DNA of 63,750 nucleotides, filler included, from Perkinsus chesapeaki ATCC PRA-425 (Eukaryota; Protista; Perkinsozoa): the NCBI GenBank assembly GCA_013115145.1. It is 14 parts of 14 records of this genome, joined end to end, with 100 filler letters (N's around TTAATTAATTAA, not from the genome) between each part and the next. Parts side by side here need not be neighbours in the genome. Positions count along the whole stretch, not along the records: positions 32,119 to 49,141 come from JAAPAO010000692.1; 13 more parts are not named here. One strand, given 5' to 3'. A model generated the notes under the pieces. The model ran no database searches. It had not been told where the DNA came from and worked only from the letters and a program-made list of their open reading frames with translations. Within the stretch, counting starts at the first letter, position 1; each line of letters opens with the position of its first letter. Of this stretch, positions 35,284 through 47,700 are shown piece after piece. Position numbers and translations under genes: made by a program.

Positions 35284-36862
35284 GGATTTGAAGATTCTTT
35301 TCATTTCTCGACGATTTCCACTTAGCCATACTGAGGCAGTACAGTCTGAGGAATTACCGTCGTGTGGTCGGTCTCCCCTTTGGACTTCTGAGCTTTATCC
35401 AGCAATATTTGACTTTAACTGTATCTCATTATTCCTTTAGCTGTTGTGTTGGCTATAAGACAGGATACGGTTTTCTCAGCATGTGGCAAAGTGACTGGTA
35501 AGACCCGGTGTCCTGTGTTGTAAGAGTACATGCGGCATACGGCCTATGTCATGAGCTATGCGGTATTTGGGAAACGCAAGTTGTCACAGTAATTTCGTGG
35601 TATACGTCGAGTGATCAAGAGATCCGAGCGAAGTTTAGGAATCGGTATTCCGGCTGATATTCAGTTATTTCACATACAAATGGTTTCTGGTTTGTCAAAT
35701 GGCACTACAGCAGAATGAGCGGAGCACGCTACAAGTGCTTAATTCTCATTGTTGCTATCATAGTATGAGGATTGCAATGGGGATAGTAGCGTAATCGAAA
35801 CCCTTTCATCGTTGCCGATTGCATTCCCTTTCGAATACATGCAAGGCAATTACGGTTTATTACTGAAGTTCATTGAAGAGTCAAGGTGACTCCAGAGCTT
35901 ACCAGGATGACGGGTACTAAGGGGCATGCTGGAAATGCGTACTATTCTCCATATGGCCGAACATTTTTGGGACTCGTCTTGCGAGTCGCGCAGGCCGTTG
36001 AAAAGCCTTGGAGATTAGCACCTTCCGAAGAGAAGTTCGAAGGGCAAGACTGAATGATTTATAAGAAAAATTACAAAATAGAATTGAGCAGAATAAACAT
36101 CAGTTGAAACATAAAATCAGGCAGGTGTGACGTAACTTGACAGGGTCGAGATCTTAGTTTACAGGTCAATATTTTATACGAGTGAACTCCAATTGAAGCG
36201 TACCAACTGGGAGACTCACCTCCTCGAGCTTTGCTTCCGAGGACTCTCAGAGGCATTTCATACGAATTGAAGTCTCTCAACTTCGTACAAGACTTGACTC
36301 TGAAAACCATCACAACTCGGCAGCTGCTAGTAATACCTTCACTCCGACTCGAGGGAGTGCGACCCCGTCTCGGAAGCCAAGGCTCGGGTTCTGGCTCAAT
36401 TTCGTTGGCAATGATGTAATTACGAAGAGCAGCACGAGTAAGAGCTTTCAAATTTCCACTGGCGTGTGCGGAAATCGAATATCCGATACAAGCATGAATT
36501 TTCTGGCCAGCTCGTAACTGCTACATGAATCAAGCTCATATTAGACTACGCGGCTCCGTGATTCGGTACAAGTAGAGTAGAGAACTTTTGACCTAGTCAA
36601 CGTCAGGCAGGGCACGCAGCCTTCCCTCAGTATGAAGCACCAAGCCTCAGTCTGCGAATGTAATGTTCATGTGACATATACAGTATATATAACATATGTT
36701 ATTATCACAGTGTTATTATGACATATGTACTCATATGACAGTATAACACTGCAGTTAGCACTGTCATGTGATTCATTTACGCGATACTCACTGTTGTGTT
36801 GCAAAGTAGTTAGGAGTATATTCCATGACCAATCGACTGAAGATTTTCATAATAAGATGATC

Positions 36863-39558
36863 ATGTACCCTCGGCCGGGTTGGTCCCTGTCTCTATATGA
36901 CCTCGTTGATATCGTCTATGCTACGGTTACAACGATAGTCCTCACTATCCCAATAGTGGCCCCTCCTGAACCTAATGCCTGGTATCTACCACTTATGGTA
37001 AGGTCATATTATTGAACCGTCACACCGCTACGTCATTCCTATTTTCAGGTATTCATAGCACCGAGCATTGCGCCCTGCGTAGTTATGCAGCCTCTGCCAA
37101 TGGCTGTCATGTCCATCGTTTTCTTGTTCGCTTTCTCCCTTGCATTCTCGTTAGGCTTTCTCGTCTATTCTCTCGGCATGGTGGCTTCGGACGGAACGAT
37201 GAACCGCGCTTGGGCATGCTTTGCCATGCTACCATTTACGGTGTTGCTCTCCCTCGGTCTACCACAAGCTCGCACGAAGTTCAGCGGCTTTGTCGCGGCC
37301 GGTCTAACTATGGGTTTTTGCTACATCCCCGTTGGCTTCTATATCCAGGACCCTTACACCGAAGTAGGAACTCTCCTTCTTCTACTCGTCTGTATGCTGT
37401 CAATTTGTACTGGACTAGCTATCATGTGGAAGCTTCTCCGCTGGATCCCATACAAAGGACCAGAACCTCTCCAAGTGTTCGCTTATGCCTACGCCGACTT
37501 GTTTGATATCCTTGTTGGTTACTTTGACTCAGGATATGAGCATCCTGAAGTGATTAAATCTGCTTATGATCAGTTCGACGAGGCATGCATGGCCGTGGCT
37601 CCATGTAAAAAAGTGTCTCCTGCTCTAAGCGCAGCCATCTGGAACTTGGCTGGTGAACTTTTTGCTCTTTATGACTGCCTTAATCAACACCAGTTCGATT
37701 CCGTTACTCAAAAGATGCTTTGGGAACCTTTGGCATCAGAAGTATTTGATATTCGTGGGGCGGTTGGGAAGACACTGAGGAAGACAGCTGACGGTGAACC
37801 AACCGAGGCGGACATGGATATGCTACGCAAGGTTCGGGCACTCCAGAAACACGCAGGAGAGGTTTCTGTTACCCTGCGAGATTGTCAAGCTCTTGCTGGT
37901 GAGGAGCTAAATCGAGCTCAAGTGACTCGCTTTTATTACGCTATAGAATCAATCCTCTCAATAGCTACGTTGGCAGAGAGATATCGTATTCTGCATGAGG
38001 AAGCTGATAAAGCCGCAAAAGAGAAGGTTGAAAGAAACAAGGTAAGTCCTGAACTTTAGGAGACTGTTAAGCATACACTGCTCTTTCTTCTTCAGTCACT
38101 CAGCCTCTTTACCAAGGTGGCAGGCGTTTTCAGAACAATATCAAGTGCGATAGTGGGATGGTTGAAGCGGCCACTATTTGATGATCTTCATGGCTTCTCC
38201 GACCTTATGTCTCGTATGCGCGTCCCTCTTCGAACCGCCTTTAGCATGAATATTCTCTGCACTCTTCTTGTACTGTGGGGTAACTACAGTGAGATTGTCA
38301 GGCTTCATGGCTTCTGGGCGGTCATACCACAATACGTTCTCTTTCTTCCAACTGCTGGTGCCACTCTACTCAAAGGCACAAGACGTATCATCGGTACCTT
38401 ACTGGCTGGAGCAGTAGCAGTGCTCTGCCTTTACCTGCATCCTGATAATATGGCTGCCTTTTATGTTGAAAATATTCTTTCACTATCGTGGCAAAGCTCG
38501 GTATGAAGAATAAAACAGTCGGCTACGCTGCTTACGTCTTTTCTTTTACTTGGGCGATTATTGGATGGGCCTCCATAATGTTTCCCATGCCCGAATCTCA
38601 ACAATTAGAACTTGGTCTATGGCGTTTTATCTTCACTACTGGTGGTGTGCTTCTGGTACTTCTTACCAGCTGCCTGATCTTCCCCAACTTTGCCGCTACT
38701 CAGCTCATCAAAGCGAGTGAAACATCTATCGAAAGTGTCGCTGAGGGAGTTGCCCCTATTCTAATTGACGGATGCTTCCAAGAATACGAAGGTGATGATG
38801 AACGATTGGCTGCTCTAATGAATAAGTGGGAAGACTTTGGACGGGAAGCCTACAGTCAGATAGCCTTGCGCATAAACCTTATGGATGATGCAGCTGCTGA
38901 AATAGCTATCTATGGTAGACTCCATTTGGTCCCAGAGTTGAGCAAGCGTGTTTGGCGAAAACAAAGAGACATCACCAGCATCCAGAGAAGCGGTCTGGTA
39001 CTCTTCACTTCGGTACTCGTGTTGTACCCTCATACTAACGATCCACAAATACGAGACCTTTTCCGCCCTGCAAATGATAGGATACGCGCATTAGGGAAAG
39101 CTGTCCAAGCTTCTGCAAATAGGATGATTGCCTTGCTGAAAACTGGTGTCAACAGTCCCAGTATCTCAGAGGCCGACGATGATCTCCACGTTGAAGTTCA
39201 AAGGTGCATCGAGGCGATGCGAGATTTACAAGATAGGATTACGGACGAGTTTGTCACCAATCCGAACAGGCATGGTGATGCGTCCGCCAACATGAAGTTA
39301 TTTCATGCAGCTTATGCGTTGAGCTATTTTGCTACCTGTTGGGAAAAGCTTGAAAATGTCCTCATGGGAGAAAGAGTTCCTTGTGAGATGGCTGAGAGCT
39401 CTCCTAATAACGTTACCTCCAGCCCTTCTCAGGCGGTTCCTACGCTACGCGGCAGGGTACAATCTGCATCGATTACAGCCCGATTTCATTATTTGAGTAG
39501 CTGTTGTGTTGGCCATAAGACAGGATACGGCGTTCTCAACATCCGGCGAAGTACTTGA
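36863..39558 (+). pseudogene. FUSC/ALMT-like copy B with a 1-nt frameshift (pseudogene or sequencing error)
   Basis: Same exon layout as copy A (introns 36998-37048 and 38042-38095). CTTTTCAC in A is CTTTCAC in B at about 38478-38480, which splits exon 3 into ORFs 38117-38506 and 38488-39558. Confidence 0.8.
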
Positions 39559-39624
39559 TAACACCCAATGTATCACCGGCGGCGGTGTCCTGTATCATCA
39601 GAGTACATGTGACCTCATCAGTGA

Positions 39625-39768
39625 CGCAACTAGGGTAAAACTTTTTTCAGGGCCCCGCCCGGCCTAAAGCCGGAAGGGATCCCCGCCAGTGTCAACAGTG
39701 TGAATCGGATGGGCCCTAATCGATGCCCGAGCTTCAGGGTCCAAGCGCGGGAAATCGAGCTAGTTGCG
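39625..39768. mobile_element. Possible 144-bp MITE-like insertion
   Basis: Bounded by the 9-bp inverted repeat CGCAACTAG/CTAGTTGCG and lies in a stretch missing from the paralogous flank of copy A. Confidence 0.35.
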
Positions 39769-41169
39769 GCTCTGGATCTCATGAGACATGCTTGGGGCGC
39801 AAGTTGTCCCAATTTCTTGGGAATCGGCATTCAGGCTGATAGTCAGTTATTTTTTACACAAATGGTTTCTGGTCTGTCAAACGGAGCTGCAGCAGGAATT
39901 CTGCTGCAGAATGAGCGGTTTGTGAACGATACGAGTGCTTAATTCTCATTGGTTCTCTCGGTATGGCAGGGTGACTCACCCTGCCATACTTCTCGGAGTT
40001 CGAGATATCCTCAGAGTACGCGAGTGGAGAGAAATGGAGACACAATGACACAATTTGCCATTGGGTCAATAGCACACAATGCCAGAACACCCAATAGATG
40101 TCCAGTAGGTTCTGTATTAGTATCCGGAGCCAAGACAGGCAGTGACCGGCACAACTGTTCCATGGCGCTGCGCAATATTCTTGTCACAATACGCTTTGTG
40201 CTGTACGTGTGCACAAAGCGTTTCTCTAGCGTTAAGCTAGTAACCGTTCCGTGACTACTACACTTATGACTAAGTTATATATATTTCTTGTATTCTCCTA
40301 CTGCCTTTGTTATGAAGTGTTCCATTGCGTAATAATCAGTTGATAACTAAACGGTTCAAACCCTCAGAATCTGGGGCCCAGATACCAAGAATTTCCAGGG
40401 GTAGTGCTCATCAAAAGGACTGGGGAGCTGGCAAATGGGCATGCGTGCCTGACGTGACATCACTTACGTGCCGAAGAATCGCGCCTCGCAAGGCCGAGGC
40501 GGCTGAAGAAACAAGGTTTTCCCACTTGTAAAAGCGAGAAATGGTGTACAGGGAATACAGTACGCATATACCTCGCCCCCCCTTCAGGGGGGGGCGGGGG
40601 CACCGTCCGCGGGGGCCTCCGCCCCCCGGCGCCCCCCCTCAACGCCATCGCAAAGTGACTTTGCGATGCCCAAAGTGTACCAGGAGGAAAGCGTGATGGG
40701 TGTGTGACAAACAGTGGGAAGAATGATCGATGGGCAATTCAGCTTGGCTTTAGTACACCGAGACTGAACCGTCCCATAATGATTGTCTCCGACCGTTTGA
40801 CGGCCCTTTTTGTAGATGAGGCAGCATCTGAGGTAAAATCACTTCACTGTTCCGACTATTCCATTCATTCTCTTGTAGGGTATTTGTCCTTGGAGTGCCC
40901 GGCAGCTACGTCCGACGATTAAGCAAATATTAACCTATATTTTCAATAACGGCGGATTCGTGCCACGAATTTCGTGGCTACGGCTTGGGTGAAACCTGGG
41001 AGACAGGCTGCAGCTGGTGATGGGGTCGCTGCCATCACAGAGTCTAAACTTCATGTTTGCTCTCTGCGTCCCTTCAATCCCGAGATTGTAAACGTCACCA
41101 AGCATATGAGGTAAGAGATTTTAGGTTTCCTAATAGGATCTTCTTACTCGCAGGAAGAAGCTCGTTGCC

Positions 41170-41734
41170 CAAGATCCCAACAACCTCCACATCCGAGCCG
41201 CCAAAATGCAAGGACCCCGCAGACAGAACATGAACCAAGAAGCACAACCGGTGAGCTTTACTACAACTTGAGTCACGTCCTATCATATGACTCCTATGAT
41301 GCTTCCAATACCACTGCTTCTGTTTTCAGGTTAATGTACCACCTCTACCACAGCAACAACTGCCGCTACAACCAATTCTACTACCACAACAACCAGTTCT
41401 ACCACCACAACCACCACAATCACTGCAACAACCGCTGCCTCAACAACAAGAACAACAACAACAGAAAGCACTTCCCCAACAGCAGCAACAACAACTCCCA
41501 CAACTACAACATGACCAGCTACTGCAATTATTACAACAACAAATGCTGCAAATTCAACAACAATTACAGCAACATCTGGCACAGCAACAACAACTGGCAG
41601 GAGCAGCTAGAACAACAATTACAGCAGCATCATCAAGAGCAGCAACCTCAAGGAGAGCAGGGGGTGGAAAACCGGCAAGAGATACAAGAACCACAACAGA
41701 AGCAGCAGCAGCAGCAGCAACTCAGACAGAATGA
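41170..41734 (+). CDS. Gln/Pro-rich exons of a hypothetical protein
   Basis: DPNNLHIRAAKMQGPRRQNMNQEAQP, intron 41251-41329 (GTGAG...TTTTCAG), then a stop-free frame VNVPPLPQQQLPLQPILLPQQP...QQQMLQIQQQLQQHLAQ continuous with track ORF 41543-41734. Confidence 0.5.
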
Positions 41735-43961
41735 TAATAAGCAAGGCGGCGATCAAGGTGGATTTGTGGGCTCTGTAATGCGAACGATAATATGAGTTGT
41801 TGTTGATATTATTTCAGATCCGCAATCAATAACCACCAACGGTGCGCGAACCTCGCCTCGCTGCTGAAGCCGCTGCTGCTCGTGCTGCTGCTGCCGCCGA
41901 CTCAGGAACAGCGCAGGAAGATGCTGACCCTGCAGCTGCTGTAGACGTCGTACACGAGTGACGACGAGTGAGAGACACTTATCACTTTCATAATCACCAG
42001 ACTATGATCTATTCTCAACGTGAGTGAATCGCTCCGAGTAAACACTATAAGATTTTTCGCAGATATCTAACTAGTAATCATCCCTTTTGCGCCGTAATAA
42101 GAAGGATTTACCTTTTAGATCAAGACGATATGTCTATTCCATTTGATCAACTACTCCACATGAAGTCCCTGTTGGGCGCGTCATGTTTTTACTTTGTTGG
42201 CGTTGTGTTTAGTAGCACTAAATTAGTTTATCATTACAGTATTGTTTTTCCCTCAGTAGCGTTCATCCGTATTCACCCTATGACATTCTTCGCCTTCAGC
42301 TTTGCCGCGGTTCAGAAATTCTGAATCAGAACCTGAACTTCAAATCGAGGTATTTCAAGCAATCCACGTAAGTCAGGCAATCACCAGTTACTTTCTGTTT
42401 GATCCGGTCTTGCTCCGACTTTTATAGTAAGAGGTTTTAGCGCAACTGTAGTGTCTTGGCAAGGCAGTCTTGCGTGAAGTTTACTTTAGTAAGCAAGTTT
42501 GTTTCTTACGATGAGCTATTCATGATAAGCGGATTGAGCTTGCGAATGTAGCGGCTGTGAAATCTCCAGAGATTAAGGGAGTACCGCACGCACACCCCAA
42601 ATAATTTCAGACACAATGCACGAAACAAAGATATTGGATTTGCACTACATTGAAGCACCCTCCATAGGGGCATCTTCTGACTGAAGATTCATAACAAATA
42701 CGATGTGTTGGTCGGGCACGGCTCGTTGTCGAGCTGAGCCTGGTTCAACCATAACGTCACCAAATAGTGACAGGTAGCTCTTGCAAAATTTAACCCTCCC
42801 TCTTCCATCCCTGAATACGGCGATGTCAAGGCATCACTGACCTAAAGGCTCTTGGAAAGTCGCAACGCCCACCTTGTAGAGTTTATCACTGATAGACTAT
42901 TCAGGCCCAGTTATAGCAATAACTGTTAAGACTGTAACAGTTGATTGTAACAATAACAGTTCAAGACTGTCATCGCAACCGTTGCCAAACGACATACTTG
43001 GCGATGACAATGTCATGGCATCATTCAATAGAATGGCTTTCCAAAAATTCCAGGCACATCATTTGTGCCCGATATAGGCACTTGGGGCACAAACGGCCCC
43101 TAGATTTGCCTTGGGTACTAGGAGACTCGCAAATAACCCGAAAATCTTGCACCGAAAACCCGGATAAAGCTAGAAAAACACAAGCTAAAAGGAGCTGTGG
43201 CAGGCTAAAAGCGCTGAGGTGCGCTAAGGTACGCTATTTTAAGCTTTTTTAGCTATTTTAGCTTAAGCTAAGTTAGACTTTAGCTTTTTAAGCTTTACCT
43301 TAGCTTGACTTTGGCTTTCTTAGCTTATTTTTGTGCCGTCCGAGGGACAGCGCTACTTCTTTATCGCTCGCCTGAAACCGTCATATCTGTAACGGTTCTA
43401 AGATAACTGTTCTATAGTTCCTTCTGAGGAACCTATAAAGTAGGTGAACTTACACTGAGTTCTCTAGGGAACTTATATTGAGTTCTATCTGAACTATTTG
43501 CGATATAGTTGGACTTCTATTTAGTCTATTCTTATCTATTAGCTGTGGTATCTACTCGTTAGTATCTGCATCTATAGTCTAATCTAGTTATAACCAAACT
43601 CTTGCGTTTAACTAGTATCTTGAGCTCGTCTAACCACTCGCTCTACTATATCCGATTGCCTCTTTTAGTCGTGTTACAAGCCAAACGGGATGCTACTTAG
43701 ATCTGGGACGAAATTATCTACTCTCGATCGCTCTGTTTTCTCTCATGATTCAACAGGTTTAACTCCCTCTACACCTCCTCCGTCTAACGACGCTACACCA
43801 TCATCTAGAACAACCCCTAACCCTAGATCTTCTACGGTTTCTTCAATTATTAATCTAAGTCGTCCCGTACATTTTTTAGCTTGGGCGCGCGCTATTCGTT
43901 TTTCGGGTTACGACTCTGCTCCTAATCCGAAAAAGATCAGCGTCTGACCTCGGATATTTCG

Positions 43962-44320
43962 GGTACTCAAAGGCTGGATCATTTTCTAATTACGAAATAC
44001 AAAAGCAGTCCGGCTGTTTTCGAATTACGATGGTGGTTGGAAATAGAAAAGCAGTCTGGCTTGCGTTAGTGGTTGGAAAGTGTAAAGGACAAAGACAAAA
44101 TAGAAAAAAGATCATCAGTTGAGGTGTACTCAGGACATCTGAGGTACTCAAAGGCTGGATCATTTTCTAATTACGAAATACAAAAGCAGTTTGGCTGTTT
44201 TCGAATTACGATAGTGGTTGGAAATAGAAAAAGACAAAGACAAAATAGAAGAAAGGATCATTGGAAATAGAAAGAGACAAAGACAAAATAGAAAAAGGAT
44301 CATTGGAAATAGAAAAAAAG
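43962..44320. repeat. Direct repeat of about 89 bp (43962 and 44143) followed by purine-rich units of about 43 bp
   Basis: GGTACTCAAAGGCTGGATCATTTTCTAATTACGAAATACAAAAGCAGT...GGTTGGAAATAGAAAA occurs twice with about 3 mismatches. GAAATAGAAA.AGACAAAGACAAAATAGAA.AAAGGATCATTG then recurs. Confidence 0.9.
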
Positions 44321-44397
44321 GCTAAGTTTCCTTAGTCCTACTTCGTTTTGTTAATTGACACTAATAAACGCAAAAATTCATGTTGTAGAAAAAATAG

Positions 44398-44729
44398 TTA
44401 GTTATACCTCTCCATCAACATTTTACTAATCTTGTCTTCAAATGGCACCTCCGGTTCCTCGACATAACCGGCGGCTTCCTTCCTCCGCGCCCCGTCGAGG
44501 GTACGGGGGTAGGAAGCGCCGGTCCAATACATAATCTTCGTCTTCTTCCCTTGAATACTGTACCCCATCGTGGGGGGATCGTCGTACCAGCAATCCTCCA
44601 CCTGTAAAGGAAAGTACGTTAATGAGTCCCAGTTACTAGTATTACATCATAGACGAGGAAAACCTCGTCCCCGACGAGGTCAAAAATGACCTCGTCATCT
44701 AATTTGAAGGCGAAATTGGGAGTAGCCAT
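44398..44729 (-). CDS. Small two-exon hypothetical protein
   Basis: ATG 44729 MATPNFAFKLDDEVIFDLVGDEVFLVYDVIL, a short GTAACT...TTACAG intron, then VEDCWYDDPPTMGYSIQG...MERYN stop. Confidence 0.4.
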
Positions 44730-47700
44730 TTGTAACTGAGTAATGAACTTGGGTACGCGTACAATCTCTACAAAAGAGCCCGCCCAGATCGATCACGCTA
44801 GCAAGGTTTCTGAGCGTACCTTAAGGTACGGTACCTTAGGTACCTCAAAATGAACATAATTGTCCGGAAAACTTCCGAAGCAGTTACAGTCCACGGATTA
44901 ACGCGTTAGTCAAAAGTGCTCCAAATACAGTAAAGTGTAACGTGGCGTTCGTCGGATATATGGAGGTACCTTGAACTTATGTGAACTCAATGTAAACAAG
45001 TACAACAGAACGATTGAAAGTGTTTTTCGCAGTATTTAACTTTCGTCGCCTGTTTCTTCTTTCACCTTCGGCACCCATATGCGCTCGTCTGCGTCGTAAC
45101 TGTAAAGATGCCTAAACCGTGGTGATATCTGAAAAAAAGTATATAATTGCTAACGGAAAGTGGTGGTATGGTGGTTAATACCGGGTTACCTCTTTAAATC
45201 CCTCTCTTTCAATACTATCCTCCACCATTTTTATCATTCGCTGCACCTCGTACTTTTTTCTGCCTCCGATAATTCTGAGGTGTCTATTCCTCCCGGACTC
45301 CCGTGTTCGATGGGATTTTACATGATATAGCAACACCAACTCGTGTATGACACAATAATTTGAAACGTTGCAATTGTATAATGATGGTCCATTAATCACA
45401 TCGCTCGCGCCTAAGTACTTGCTCGCATAGCATACTGTACGCAGTACTAGTAAGTTATTGTATCTGCGAGTTTTGGCCGCTGCACATCACTCTTTGTTAT
45501 AATGAAAGTAGATCGCGATCAAAGAAGCCTCTGAACGGCATTCGGGTACGACTGTGGTAGTATTACTACCGTAGTACCACATGTCATATTGTACAGCTGT
45601 AACTCTAGCAGCCCCATCCTTGGGACACCATTTCAAGGCTTGAAATTCAAGCCCCGCAGCCTGCGGGCCGCAGGTGGCGCCGGCTAGCACTTCGCATATG
45701 CGGACATCGCTAGGTACCCCATGGAACCCTATAACCTCTGTGGAAACGGCCGCGATTTTTCAAAAAAAACTTAGTAGCTGTTGCGCGTCTCAAACTAGCG
45801 CAGCGCTAGTATCGCTCGGCTCACTCGAAGATTTTTCAAGTAAAGAGGACCACTGTAAGTTACCCTTGACACGTAAGTATCTGCTAGTGTATGGACTATC
45901 AGATAACTTATAAGCCAAGACGCACCTGATCAGCCGTATATCATCACACAGCTCTCTTTCAATGATCTTAATAATCAAGAGTTTTACAGCTTTTTTGTTA
46001 GCAATGCTCCACTCCCTCTTCTGCACGCATGCGAATTCGAGCCGTTTTAACTTTCTCGCCTCGTTTACTGCTCCTTGCACTGAAATAGATCATTAAGCAT
46101 CTCCACGCCTCTATTCATTTATCTACAAGATGTAGTGATTTTTTGTAGTGGACCACGTCTTACAGTGATGGACCGTCAGAGACGGTTACGAAGTGATCCT
46201 TTAGGGGACGGGCGTTCTCGTGTCCGATTTCAGGGGTCCTTGTCCTAACAACAGCGTCAGTGAACGATCTGACTTAAATGGGGCACTCGAGAGTTGTCAT
46301 TTGGAGTAACCGATTTCAAGTGAGACTCCTAAGCTTAAATTAAGCTATAAATATGCCTCCTTTGTCGCTCAAGCAATGCGGCTGTATCCTATGCACGGTC
46401 ATGGTCTTGTTATTTCACACCAGGTATTATCGCATAGCGGATGTGAATAAGAGTTATGCTCGCAGAGTGAATGGGAGTAAATAAACCCCGTTACAGAATA
46501 ATAACATCAGATAATTTTCAAATAATTCCTTCCATGGAAGGAGTTTGTTGATGCTTTCTTGACAGTCAAGCCTCAAGACTGTGCAATACAGTATCTTCGC
46601 CTTCGCGAGCCGATCCTTGCAACATAACAATTAATACATTCATGGGCTAATCATCTGGCTTTTCTGCAGTTGGTACCGATAGCGCCGCTATCATAGCGGA
46701 CCACCGCCACACAATGTGCCGCACATTATGTGCGGCAAACATACCGTGCAGTGTCGAATAGACATCCAAATCAATGTATATATACATACAACAGTAGTAT
46801 CGTGAGCATATATATACATATCCAGTCAATAGTAGACCGCAGAAAATGTGCCCGAACAAACCGGAAGAAAAAAAAATCAGCATTGATGCCTCAACTTGAG
46901 CCAACACTACACGATATATAACGAGCAAATACAACAAATTGACCTGCCTCTAGCTTACAGTTGAATCACTCACTCACCCACTAGCTAGACTGACTTGCAC
47001 TAGCACTGTGTAACTATAACACTATGGGACAGGACAAGGAACCGACTCCGGCTCGAACTGTACCTCCAAGCACCCCGGGTGCTGCACCCGTGCTTTCCAA
47101 ATCAAGGCAGATGTGCCAGTGATGTATTTCTCGCTCGCTCAGAAAATTTCTGCGAAACTGCCGGGAATTGCGCGGTTAGGTGCGAGAGGTTGAAATCTCC
47201 GACTGTCTTAGCCGCCGGCGCTGAGTCCTCTATCAATGAGTCATTGAACATGACAACTGGTATCAAGTATCATATCATTCCGGATCAGCTTCGGATGCAT
47301 ATTCGGGTTCCCATTCCAAATCCAGGGAATCCCTGGATTATCCTTATTTATGATTGGGTAACCCAAGTTGGGTTGCAAGGCCCAGCCATCATTCTCGTTC
47401 GCCCGACAATCCCCCATACAGGGACTGGCTGGGCTTAGTCGGCTAAATGTTATGAACATCTTCAGTTTCGGCATATTACAGGACTCTCAGAAGACGAACC
47501 CATGGAACTCCATGAGCTCTGTGGAATGGTCGTGATGTTTTGTGAGAATATTTTTCAATTTTCTAAAGTTTAGTTCCCAAGTTTCGCGTCTCAAGCCATC
47601 TGTACGTTCACGTGAAGCTCCTTCAAATAAAACAGACCGCCGAGGAAGTGCGTTATATCTGCTCACTAAACCATGTACTTCAGACCTTAGGATGAACCAA

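Noticed and set aside
41268-41795. Thr-rich mucin-like or Asn/His-rich readings
   Set aside because: The Thr frame has internal stops. The Q/P frame is stop-free and joins the upstream exon through a canonical intron.
44560-44582. DPPTMG peptide shared with the retrotransposon ORF at about 2215-2235
   Set aside because: Six residues with no flanking similarity; treated as chance.
46895-46904. TTGGCTCAAG (SL 3' end) on the minus strand
   Set aside because: Only 10 nt match and the upstream bases diverge; too short to call a relic.
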